Below, piece after piece: positions 18,400-27,505 of a stretch of DNA of 64,000 nt. Every line of letters begins with the position of its first letter. Positions within the stretch are counted from its first letter, which is position 1. The DNA is from an uncultured virus (IMG/VR IMGVR_UViG_3300043409_001074). Lineage: Duplodnaviria; Heunggongvirae; Uroviricota; Caudoviricetes. The notes beneath the pieces are model-generated. The model saw only the letters and a program-made list of their open reading frames with translations. It was not told the DNA's origin and did no database searches. The stretch lies in the IMG/VR virus record IMGVR_UViG_3300043409_001074. One strand, given 5' to 3'. The position numbers and the translations under genes were made by a program.

Positions 18400-19079
18400 T
18401 GATTAGTTTTAAAAATTTCCTCAATGAATCTCAATGGATGTATCATGGAACAACATATCCAAGGGAACTTACTCATATACAACGAAATGAAAAAGGTTTA
18501 AAATTTGATACTTCTATTGGCGCTCATTTTTCTGCTGATCCAGAAGTAGCAGATAAATTTTCCAAGGGAATACATAAATCCCCTAGTAATAAAGGTCTAG
18601 TTTATAAGACAAAAAGACCAAGCAGATCAGAATTAGAAGTTGTTCCACAGAAGAAAGGACATGATGACCAGGATTCGGTTGCTTCTCATGTCCTTTCTTC
18701 TGTTTTTTCCCATCCAGATAATAAAGATTTATTTGTTAAATGGCATAGAAATAAATTCGCATCTTCTCAGGAGCAAGCATCTAATGTTCATGATAAATTA
18801 AGTAATAAACAAAATATTCCATCCAATAAAAAAGAATATGGATATGATAAATCCAATAAAAATACGTTTAGATCGTATGTAGATCATCATGGGGCGTATT
18901 CATCTAGCAAAGATATTCACCACGAAATAGTAAATAAATTTATGGATCATATGAAATCTAAAGGCAAAAAAGGTTTAGTCTACAGAAACACTAATTCAAG
19001 AGAAATTGAGGGTGTAGATTCTCCTAAAAGTTATATTATATTTGAACCAGAAAAATTAAAGGTAGAAAAACATGATTAG
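18399..19079 (+). CDS. putative internal head protein, ART-like (paralog of 17225)
   Basis: MISFKNFLNE leader; YHGT...GAHFSAD...YIIFEP. Confidence 0.6.
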   Translation: MISFKNFLNESQWMYHGTTYPRELTHIQRNEKGLKFDTSIGAHFSADPEVADKFSKGIHKSPSNKGLVYKTKRPSRSELEVVPQKKGHDDQDSVASHVLSSVFSHPDNKDLFVKWHRNKFASSQEQASNVHDKLSNKQNIPSNKKEYGYDKSNKNTFRSYVDHHGAYSSSKDIHHEIVNKFMDHMKSKGKKGLVYRNTNSREIEGVDSPKSYIIFEPEKLKVEKHD

Positions 19080-19587
19080 TTTTAAAAATTTCCTAATAGA
19101 AAGAATTGTTGATCCAGAGCAATTAGCTGTAAAAACGGCTAAAATATATGGTAAAAAAACAAATTATGGTAAATGGTTAAAAGCCGATAAACAGGAAAAT
19201 ATTCCATTATCTAATTATAATAAAGGTGAAGTAACTAAGGCAGAAAATAAATTATATAAATATCATGAAAAATTAGGAATGTTTTCTGATAATACATCAG
19301 ATAGGGTTGAAGCCAATAAAAACTATGAAAGTAAATTCTCAGATAAAACAATGAAAATTACTGATCTTCATGCGACTCAGCCATTCATACGCACAAGTGA
19401 CAGAGAACAATTGAAAAATAAAATAGATAAAAAGACATCTAGTGATATAATGGTAATTAAACATAATGGTAAACACTATGTTATGGATGGTCATCATACT
19501 GTCATGGCAGCTAAATTTCGTGGAGAAAAAGAAGTTACTGTTAGACATCTGGATTTAGATGCTGAAACAGCTAAAGGAAAAAAATAA
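19072..19587 (+). CDS. putative internal head protein with ParB/Srx-like domain
   Basis: MISFKNFLIE leader; LHATQP...YVMDGHHT. Confidence 0.65.
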   Translation: MISFKNFLIERIVDPEQLAVKTAKIYGKKTNYGKWLKADKQENIPLSNYNKGEVTKAENKLYKYHEKLGMFSDNTSDRVEANKNYESKFSDKTMKITDLHATQPFIRTSDREQLKNKIDKKTSSDIMVIKHNGKHYVMDGHHTVMAAKFRGEKEVTVRHLDLDAETAKGKK

Positions 19588-20156
19588 TGTATATTACATT
19601 TAGTGCAATTGTATCATTTTTATTAGGTGCATTTGGTAGAAGAATTTGTGGTGGTTTGTTTGAAACCTGGGCAAATGTAAAATGGGGACAACCTACTAGA
19701 CTCTTCTTCGGATTAACCCTAGCATTGGCCGCATTTATCTCAGGAGCGCCTTTATGGGTATCTGCTATACTCATCCCCCTAGTCTGGGTAGGAACCACTC
19801 TGGGGCTATTTGGTGGGCTTGGTATGGGTCGTGAAGGTAGAGATGAATTACCCAATTATTTTGGTAAGGTATATCTGAGAGATTTTGGTGCCATGACCTT
19901 ACATGGAACATTATCAATTATATTACCTTCTATATGGGCATGGTATTTTGGTTATAATATATTACCAATTGTATTATCAGGTTTATTAATTGGATTTTGT
20001 TATGAACTTGGTTATAGGATTGTTGGTATTAATCCTAGACCAGAACCATTTAATAGACCAGGATGGCCAAATGGATTTAATGGTTCCCCTGAATGGGGAG
20101 AATTAATTTGGGGTGGTGTAAGAGGATTAGGAGTATCTCTAGCAGTTTTATCTTGA
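19587..20156 (+). CDS. multi-pass membrane protein
   Basis: Several hydrophobic, Gly-rich helices. Confidence 0.75.
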   Translation: MYITFSAIVSFLLGAFGRRICGGLFETWANVKWGQPTRLFFGLTLALAAFISGAPLWVSAILIPLVWVGTTLGLFGGLGMGREGRDELPNYFGKVYLRDFGAMTLHGTLSIILPSIWAWYFGYNILPIVLSGLLIGFCYELGYRIVGINPRPEPFNRPGWPNGFNGSPEWGELIWGGVRGLGVSLAVLS

Positions 20157-20222
20157 CACTAGGATTCTAACCTGATATAGATCATGTATATTAAGTGAAA
20201 CAATAGGTAAAGGATTTATATA

Positions 20223-20441
20223 ATGATTAAAATGTTAGTGTTTGGAAGTTTATTTGTATTATCAGGATGTGTTGGATATGTTCAACCTAGTCCCTATGCG
20301 GTGGGTAGTCCTTTTATTTCTAGTCCAGGTGTAATTTATCAACCACGTTACATCCCGCCTGTATACGCAAGACCCTATGTTCCATATAGGTATAATCATC
20401 GTTATCATAATAATCATCGTTATAATAGGTATTATCGCTAA
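20223..20441 (+). CDS. small putative lipoprotein
   Basis: LSGC lipobox; Pro/Tyr/Arg-rich. Confidence 0.65.
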   Translation: MIKMLVFGSLFVLSGCVGYVQPSPYAVGSPFISSPGVIYQPRYIPPVYARPYVPYRYNHRYHNNHRYNRYYR

Positions 20442-20695
20442 TGTTACGCCAATCTTATATTTCCAAATTAATGAGTAATAAATGTAGTAGTAAAAATTGT
20501 AGAATCCAGATAAATACAAGTTCTACACTCTTAGCTATTACGCCATATTTTAATGCAGATGGGGAAATGATGGTGTCTGATAACAATAGATATATTCATA
20601 CTTTATATTGTCTTGTATGTAATAAATCTATGAGTGTGGAAGAATATCAGGATAATGCTAAAATCTTACAGGAATTCAACTGTAATGATGACTAA
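20441..20695 (+). CDS. hypothetical Cys-containing protein
   Basis: CxxxxC and CxxC. Confidence 0.55.
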   Translation: MLRQSYISKLMSNKCSSKNCRIQINTSSTLLAITPYFNADGEMMVSDNNRYIHTLYCLVCNKSMSVEEYQDNAKILQEFNCNDD

Positions 20696-20987
20696 GAAAC
20701 AATTTAAAGAAGTCTTAAATTTTTTGTGCCATATGAAATATGCAAATAAAAAATATATGATGTATTTGGAAGTAAGTGGTAAAGATCGGTATATTATGGG
20801 AATGAGGAATGATTTTTTTATTACTCATGGGGATACTTATACACCAATACAAAAATGGGATCATCGTAATTTTCGTAATCCCTATGATTTAATTTCATCT
20901 ATTAAATTTATCGCTTCTAGATATTATAATTTAGATGAAATGATTCACAATATGTCACCAAATTATATACCACATATTGTAGATTAA
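20685..20987 (+). CDS. hypothetical protein
   Basis: ORF overlapping the previous stop; start uncertain. Confidence 0.55.
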   Translation: MMTKKQFKEVLNFLCHMKYANKKYMMYLEVSGKDRYIMGMRNDFFITHGDTYTPIQKWDHRNFRNPYDLISSIKFIASRYYNLDEMIHNMSPNYIPHIVD

Positions 20988-21280
20988 TATATTAAATCTG
21001 ATTCTTCATAATGTATGAGAGTGAAATTGATTTGATCTATTGCTTCTTGAACTGATAGATCAAACCATTCTCCATGTGAGCGAATATAACTCATATCTTT
21101 ATGAAGTAATTTTTCATAAAGTCTGGCATTATCTAATTTCTTCATATATTTAATTTCTAGTTTTTCAGGATGTCCAGTTTGGAGTTGTTTAACTCGTTTT
21201 TCTGGATTATCACTAATACCTATTTTACAAGGTGGATTATTAGATTTAGCACTAGAAATAACATATATGAATTTAGTCAT
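20984..21280 (-). CDS. GIY-YIG nuclease-like protein (T5orf172/MUG113 type)
   Basis: IYVI...KIGIS...RVKQLQTG...GEWF. Confidence 0.85.
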   Translation of the reverse strand: MTKFIYVISSAKSNNPPCKIGISDNPEKRVKQLQTGHPEKLEIKYMKKLDNARLYEKLLHKDMSYIRSHGEWFDLSVQEAIDQINFTLIHYEESDLIY

Positions 21281-21289
21281 ATTATTTAT

Positions 21290-22711
21290 CTAACTTTTAT
21301 TAGATAATCGTGCTAATCTATTTTTAGCTATATCTCTAATTCGTGCATCTTGATGATTGAGTCCGATTTTAAAATGGGTTTCATTTGCCTTTGGATGAAT
21401 TAACGCTTCTCTATGAAGAGCGTGGAACGCGGCATTATCACTTGTGTATCGTGGTATTTTCAATGCATTAGTAATATTATCTGAAGTTACATTTCTATTT
21501 CGTATTGCGGCTAATTTAACATGATCATCAGGATCGGATAATCCCTGATTAATATGATCTTCCGTGGCGTATTTATGTCGCACAGCTATTTCTTTTACAC
21601 GAGATTCATTAGTTTTATCTGCTAAAACAGCACCAATATGTGTTTTGTCAATTTTTGGATGCGACATTGCGGCCTCCCTGACACCGTGATCGGAATCTTT
21701 TAATGCAGTATGTAATTGAATCTTTGATACTTTTTCACTATTCATCGCTTCTTCTCGCACTAATGGTGAGCTATGGGCTAATGCAGTATCAATATGTTCT
21801 CGCTTTAATCTACTACTGCCAAGAGCAATAGATGCTATATCTTCATCATCAGATTTAATTCCATCATGTAGCATTTTATCAGTAGCATTTGGGTGATTGA
21901 AAATTGCACGATGTAGTGATAAATTATTAGGATTTTTACTTTGAAGAGTTTTCAATCCTGTTTCAGAGATTCCTGGATGTAATATTGTTTTATGGTTCAT
22001 ATCATCATATACATCAGGATGAATTTTATATACTATTTTTCCTCCCTTATGTGGACCAGATAAGTCCTGGGACAATTTATCAATATGATCTTTGAAATCG
22101 GCGTGATCAATACCATAATAACTATTTAATGCATATGCCACATGTCCCTCATCATTATGATGGGGATGTAATGTAGCTCTAGCTATTTCTTTTCCAGTAT
22201 GATCTTTAAGATATGTAACAACAGTTCCATGTTTAACTTCCGGTTCTAAATATTTTCTATTACTACCATTTTCAAAATTCTTACATGATTCATCTTCCCA
22301 TGATTGTCCACTTGAAGTTTGGCCTGCTACTCCATGTGCGCTTCTAGTTGTATGAATAGATAATCCAGTATATTTATTTCCTTGTCTGGTATTATCATTA
22401 TTGAAATCCTGTAGTAATTTTGGGTCTTTAATTAATTTACTGACACCTGTTGTTCTATTATGTTTATCTGTTGTTGTATTCTTTTTATAATCCTCAATTG
22501 ATATTTGTTTACCAAGATGGGATTCTACTTTCTTATGGATTTCAGATTTATTTTGTGTTCCCCCTAATGGTGTGATGATGTCATCATTATCTTTACCGAA
22601 GTAGTGATCAGTTGCAGATATTGCTTTCTGATCTCTAGGCCATTTAGAAACAATAGCTTTTTGAGTGGCATTTAATTCTTCTTTTAAAGCTAGAAAATGT
22701 TTAAATCTCAT
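21290..22711 (-). CDS. HEAT-like repeat protein, putative internal head protein
   Basis: MRFKHFLALKEE leader; ~24-aa repeats such as HIDTALAHSSPLVREEAM. Confidence 0.75.
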   Translation of the reverse strand: MRFKHFLALKEELNATQKAIVSKWPRDQKAISATDHYFGKDNDDIITPLGGTQNKSEIHKKVESHLGKQISIEDYKKNTTTDKHNRTTGVSKLIKDPKLLQDFNNDNTRQGNKYTGLSIHTTRSAHGVAGQTSSGQSWEDESCKNFENGSNRKYLEPEVKHGTVVTYLKDHTGKEIARATLHPHHNDEGHVAYALNSYYGIDHADFKDHIDKLSQDLSGPHKGGKIVYKIHPDVYDDMNHKTILHPGISETGLKTLQSKNPNNLSLHRAIFNHPNATDKMLHDGIKSDDEDIASIALGSSRLKREHIDTALAHSSPLVREEAMNSEKVSKIQLHTALKDSDHGVREAAMSHPKIDKTHIGAVLADKTNESRVKEIAVRHKYATEDHINQGLSDPDDHVKLAAIRNRNVTSDNITNALKIPRYTSDNAAFHALHREALIHPKANETHFKIGLNHQDARIRDIAKNRLARLSNKS

Positions 22712-22713
22712 AA

Positions 22714-24813
22714 TTATGACCGATTCATTACAGAAGGCAACCCATGTTTATGTAATACAACATTTGTTTCTTCATCTGTCATATTATCTAATATTTCTAA
22801 ATGTTTATGATAATTTACATTGGATTTAACAGAACGTGCAACTTTATGATCAGGATCATGAATTCCTCTTAATATATGTTCATGTGTAGCATTAGGGTGT
22901 TTAACTGCCGTTGCTCTTACACCGGGATTATTATCATTCATACCCCAATCTATATGATGCAATTTAATATTTGGATGTTTTAATATTTGCATACGAACAA
23001 TATCATCACTGTGACCTAATGCATGATTTATTACTTTATCATTTACATTTTTATGTTGTAATGCTGTCATTTGCGTTCCCATTTCTAGGTGGTTAATTCC
23101 TTTAATTAAATTATCCGGGGATGCATTTGGATGTTCTAGTGCAGCTTCTCTTACATTGCCACTTTTATGATCTAATGCTTTATCAATATGTTCTGGTTGT
23201 ATATCACCTTTACTATTTCTAAACATATAGGCTTTCTCACTAGATGCTACAGAAACATCGTCTAAAAATTTATGAATATGTTCTTTAGTTGCATTTTTAT
23301 GTAGAACTGCTCCTATTTTAACACTTGGGTCTTCAATATTTAATGCTTTATCAATATGTTCTTTTGTTGCATTAGGATGGTCTATTGCTGCTCGGGCAAC
23401 ATATGATTTATCAGAATCCTCTAATCCTTTATTAATATGTTCAGATTTAATTAAATGATTAACATGTTCATTATAAAATAGTGAACCTCTTACATGAAAA
23501 TCTTTATCATTTAATGCCTTATCAATATGTTCTGATGTTACATTTGGGTGTCTTATTGCAGATGCTCGCACAGATTTATCTTCATCAGTTAATGCTTTAC
23601 TTATATGTTCAGATGATAAATTTGGATGTTGCGTTATAGCTCCCCTAATATGTGGATTTTTATTATTTAATAATTTAGAAATGTGTTCATGTGTTAATTT
23701 TGTATTATCCACAATATGTGGTTTTAATTCACCAAAATGTGATTCATCGGGGGAATCAATTATTTTACTTATATCATTCATACCAACATTACGATGAGTT
23801 ACTAAACGTGATTTATGATATATTTCCATGTTACTATGTAACATTTTAGAAATATGTTCAGATGATAAATTTGGATTTTTAGTGATATCACTAAAATTGC
23901 TAGTATCTCCATTGGATGCCATTTTATCTACAATTTTATCTAAATGTTTTTGATGTAATTTAGGATGTTGTAATAACATAGATTTTTCATAATCATAAGA
24001 CCTATGCCCACCAGTTAAATGTTCGTATCTATCATTTATTATTTTCTCGTCAGCATTCGGATGCATTATTTCTTCATCACCAGAATCATTATATACATCT
24101 GGGTGTTTAGTATATACTAATGATCCACCTTTATGTTGTCCTGATAATTGTTCTGCCACCTTTTTTACGTGGTCTTTAAATCCTGCATGATCAATTCCAT
24201 AATGGGAATCTACGGCATATGCAGTATGTCCCTCGTCATTAATATGTGGATGTAATGTAGCTCTAGCTATTTCTTTACCTGTGTGATCATGTAAATATGA
24301 AATAACAGTTCCATGTTTCACTTCTCCTTTAAGATAGTGTCTATTAGACCCAGTATTATAATTTTTACATGACTCATTTTCCCATGATTGATTATGAGAA
24401 GTTTGACCTGCTACCCCTTCTGCTGATCGGGTAGTTTTAACTGTTAATCCATTGAATTCGAATTTTTTACCTTGTCTAGTGCTATCATTTTCAAAATCAC
24501 GACTTAATTCTACAGGAGCTTTTGTTTTTTTCAATAATGCACCAATTCTTACTTTACGATCATATTTGTCTTTTGTATATCCTGATTTATAATCATCAGT
24601 ATGTATTTCATTTCCTAAATGTTGTTCGATTTTTTTATGAATTTCAGATTTATTCTGAGTTCCTTCTAATTTATGATAATGGTCGTCTACACCCCGACCA
24701 AAAAAATGGTCTGTAGCTTGAACTGCTTTAGGGTCCCGTTGCCATAATGCAACTTTTTGTTTTTCTTCTGGGTATAATTCTTCTTTTAAAGCTAGAAAAT
24801 GTTTAAATCTCAT
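22714..24813 (-). CDS. HEAT-like repeat protein, paralog of previous
   Basis: Same leader and N-terminal domain; many HIDKALxDxDxxVRxxAxxHPN repeats. Confidence 0.75.
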   Translation of the reverse strand: MRFKHFLALKEELYPEEKQKVALWQRDPKAVQATDHFFGRGVDDHYHKLEGTQNKSEIHKKIEQHLGNEIHTDDYKSGYTKDKYDRKVRIGALLKKTKAPVELSRDFENDSTRQGKKFEFNGLTVKTTRSAEGVAGQTSHNQSWENESCKNYNTGSNRHYLKGEVKHGTVISYLHDHTGKEIARATLHPHINDEGHTAYAVDSHYGIDHAGFKDHVKKVAEQLSGQHKGGSLVYTKHPDVYNDSGDEEIMHPNADEKIINDRYEHLTGGHRSYDYEKSMLLQHPKLHQKHLDKIVDKMASNGDTSNFSDITKNPNLSSEHISKMLHSNMEIYHKSRLVTHRNVGMNDISKIIDSPDESHFGELKPHIVDNTKLTHEHISKLLNNKNPHIRGAITQHPNLSSEHISKALTDEDKSVRASAIRHPNVTSEHIDKALNDKDFHVRGSLFYNEHVNHLIKSEHINKGLEDSDKSYVARAAIDHPNATKEHIDKALNIEDPSVKIGAVLHKNATKEHIHKFLDDVSVASSEKAYMFRNSKGDIQPEHIDKALDHKSGNVREAALEHPNASPDNLIKGINHLEMGTQMTALQHKNVNDKVINHALGHSDDIVRMQILKHPNIKLHHIDWGMNDNNPGVRATAVKHPNATHEHILRGIHDPDHKVARSVKSNVNYHKHLEILDNMTDEETNVVLHKHGLPSVMNRS

Positions 24814-24850
24814 ATTAATAATCCAATTAAAATATTACCTGATATTATAT

Positions 24851-25039
24851 TTAGGTAATATTACTTTTAGATTCATAATAATTATTAGAAAAGAATGAGG
24901 GAGTGTTGCCACTAAAGCCATTCCCTCTTTTTAGTTGGTTTATTAATTTTCTAGCATTATTTTTATTTGTGTCAAAATGAATAATTTGTTTTGTAGTATT
25001 TTCATAGATTTTATATTCATCAATAATCTCATACGTCAT
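24851..25039 (-). CDS. conserved hypothetical protein
   Basis: GFSGNTPSFF motif; lies downstream of gp41. Confidence 0.65.
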   Translation of the reverse strand: MTYEIIDEYKIYENTTKQIIHFDTNKNNARKLINQLKRGNGFSGNTPSFFSNNYYESKSNIT

Positions 25040-26468
25040 TTACAAATTCCTCCAATGATTTTCCATTATTAAATTTCTTTCTACCACCAGCTTTCTTTTT
25101 ACTAAATTTATCCTTAGTATCATCCATGGCAAAACTTGTATTATCCATTACCGGAGTATCATTTTCCATAACATTTTCCTGTGCAGATTGATCACAATCA
25201 TATAATCTCATATATGCCTTATCAATACCTAATACAAATCTCTTATTCTTATCATTATCAGCATAACGATTTTTCAGTTGTTTAACTAACATTTGTTGTA
25301 ATGATGCAAGATCATCATTTGTTATTAGTGCCGCCATGAAGTCTACAGTCTGCGGTAGGCCCCATGAGTCAGAAGTGTTATCCATCTCCACATCACTGTT
25401 CCGGGAGCCTGCACGGTTAGTCTGTGTGGCACTAATGATGCATGTATTCGTCTCTACTGCAAGTCCACGTAGTTCCTCGGCAATAGATTTAATGTAAATA
25501 TATGGATTTGATGAATGGTGTGGTTTTAACCTGGAACTTGAACAAATATTAATATAATCAATGAAAATGATATCAGGGGTAAACCCTTTCTTAATTTTTA
25601 AATCTTCTAGAAGATGTTTGAAGTGTAAAGCATTGGCACCAGTGGTTGGATACTCCTTAATAATTAATTTACCAACACTTTTACTCTTCAATTTATCCAT
25701 TTTATCTGAATATGTTTTTCTAGTCGTATTTGATAGATCGGATAATGGAATATTAAGAAGATTTGACTCTATTCGTTTGGCAATTTTTACTTCGGCCATT
25801 TCCATTGTAATATAGAGAACATTATATCCTCTTAGAAATGCAGCAGCGGCCATATGACACATTAATAATGTCTTACCTGTGCCAGTTGAACCCATGAATA
25901 CATTAATAGATTTTCTCTCAAATCCACCTTCTGTAATTAGGTTCAACATTTCTAGATCAAATTCAATTTTTTCCTCACAGGTTAAATATGAATTAAACCT
26001 GTCCTCAGAGTCTTCAAGAAAATTATGACCAATATTATTGGAGAATTTAATAGCCAATGCATCTTCTAATATCTTCGGAATTGCATTCTTATCAAAATCT
26101 TTATTCTCATTATTAATAATTTTGATAGAATCCATAATGGCCAAATAAACTGCCCTATCCTGACAGTATTTTTCCGTATTATCTATAGCCCAGGGAACAT
26201 TAAATTCTGTATCATTATTATTTAATTCTTGAAGAAATGATTCACATTCTTTATATTGATTTTCATTTAATGTAGTTAGATTATCTAATTCTATTTCAAG
26301 TATTTTACTATTAGCTAATGTCTTATATTTGAGATAATGGTCATTAATAATATTAAAATACGTTTTTCCTGCAATAGATACGAAATATTCTTCTTTTAGA
26401 AAGGGCAATACTTGTCGAGAATAATCTTGACTACCGATTAGATAGTCAATAATTAAAGATTCTTTCAT
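25029..26468 (-). CDS. gp41: DnaB-like replicative helicase
   Basis: GSTGTGKT, ITMEM, FIDY, ATQTNR and LKNRY motifs. Confidence 0.95.
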   Translation of the reverse strand: MKESLIIDYLIGSQDYSRQVLPFLKEEYFVSIAGKTYFNIINDHYLKYKTLANSKILEIELDNLTTLNENQYKECESFLQELNNNDTEFNVPWAIDNTEKYCQDRAVYLAIMDSIKIINNENKDFDKNAIPKILEDALAIKFSNNIGHNFLEDSEDRFNSYLTCEEKIEFDLEMLNLITEGGFERKSINVFMGSTGTGKTLLMCHMAAAAFLRGYNVLYITMEMAEVKIAKRIESNLLNIPLSDLSNTTRKTYSDKMDKLKSKSVGKLIIKEYPTTGANALHFKHLLEDLKIKKGFTPDIIFIDYINICSSSRLKPHHSSNPYIYIKSIAEELRGLAVETNTCIISATQTNRAGSRNSDVEMDNTSDSWGLPQTVDFMAALITNDDLASLQQMLVKQLKNRYADNDKNKRFVLGIDKAYMRLYDCDQSAQENVMENDTPVMDNTSFAMDDTKDKFSKKKAGGRKKFNNGKSLEEFVNDV

Positions 26469-26484
26469 CTATTTTCCTATACTA

Positions 26485-27495
26485 TTATAGTTTATATTTT
26501 TCCGATAGGGATTTTTTGAATTTATCTGTCATTACAGATTTCCAGATTTCATCATTATTTACGAAATCTTTTGCTCTACGTTTAGGTTCAAGGAGTTCAC
26601 CTGTTTCCTGGTCAACGACCTGATACCAGCCATTAGAGGGCTTTGCAATGTATCCTAGTTCCAGGGCAATGTCAAGCATTCCAGACCATTTATCAATGCC
26701 ACCGTCAAAGGTAACAGTTAATGGAAAATGTGATTTTTCCTTAACGAATCTAGATTTTTCAATATTGATAATGAATTCATAACCAATTACATCATCACCT
26801 TCCTTAGTTTGTCGTCTACCGATAATCCAGATGTTATCCGCGCTATAATATCCGCCCGAACCGCCGGAAACGACTGCTTTACTATATTTTTCCTGTGTCT
26901 GGTAAGTATGATTGATACCAATTAGTGGAATATCTCGCATATGAAGATAAGGAGTAATCATTCGGAACACTGATTTTAGTGCTTTAGCTCTAGTCATATC
27001 CATGGCACTATTTTCTTTTAGAGCATCCTCTAATTCTTTCTTAGATGCCATATTGCCTAATGAGTCAATTAGAATAGCAACTTCATCTCTTTTACTAATA
27101 TTACTTAGTTGTTTAATAATATCAAATTTAAGTTCTTCAATATTCATAATTGGAGAATGGACGACTCTATCTTTATCAATATCAGATGCATCAAAATATT
27201 CTTTAGGTGTTCCAAATTCATTATCATATACTAATCCAACACCATTATCATTATCAGATAGAAATCCATTTAACATGGTTAGTGCTATTTTAGATTTAAA
27301 ATGTTTACTTGGGCCAGCAATGATAGTTACACCAGCAAATAATCCACCATCAACACTTCCGCTTAATGCTAAATTTAGAATAGGAATTTTAGTATCATAA
27401 AACTTCTTTGGTAGGAATACATCACTCTTACTTAGAATTTCAGTATCTTTAAGAGTGGTATTTTTCATTAGTTTTTCTATTAATGGGTTTGCCAT
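26485..27495 (-). CDS. uvsX: RecA-like recombinase
   Basis: AGPSKHFKS, YDNEFG, IDSLGN and DMTRAK motifs. Confidence 0.95.
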   Translation of the reverse strand: MANPLIEKLMKNTTLKDTEILSKSDVFLPKKFYDTKIPILNLALSGSVDGGLFAGVTIIAGPSKHFKSKIALTMLNGFLSDNDNGVGLVYDNEFGTPKEYFDASDIDKDRVVHSPIMNIEELKFDIIKQLSNISKRDEVAILIDSLGNMASKKELEDALKENSAMDMTRAKALKSVFRMITPYLHMRDIPLIGINHTYQTQEKYSKAVVSGGSGGYYSADNIWIIGRRQTKEGDDVIGYEFIINIEKSRFVKEKSHFPLTVTFDGGIDKWSGMLDIALELGYIAKPSNGWYQVVDQETGELLEPKRRAKDFVNNDEIWKSVMTDKFKKSLSEKYKL

Positions 27496-27505
27496 GTTTT
27501 ATCCT

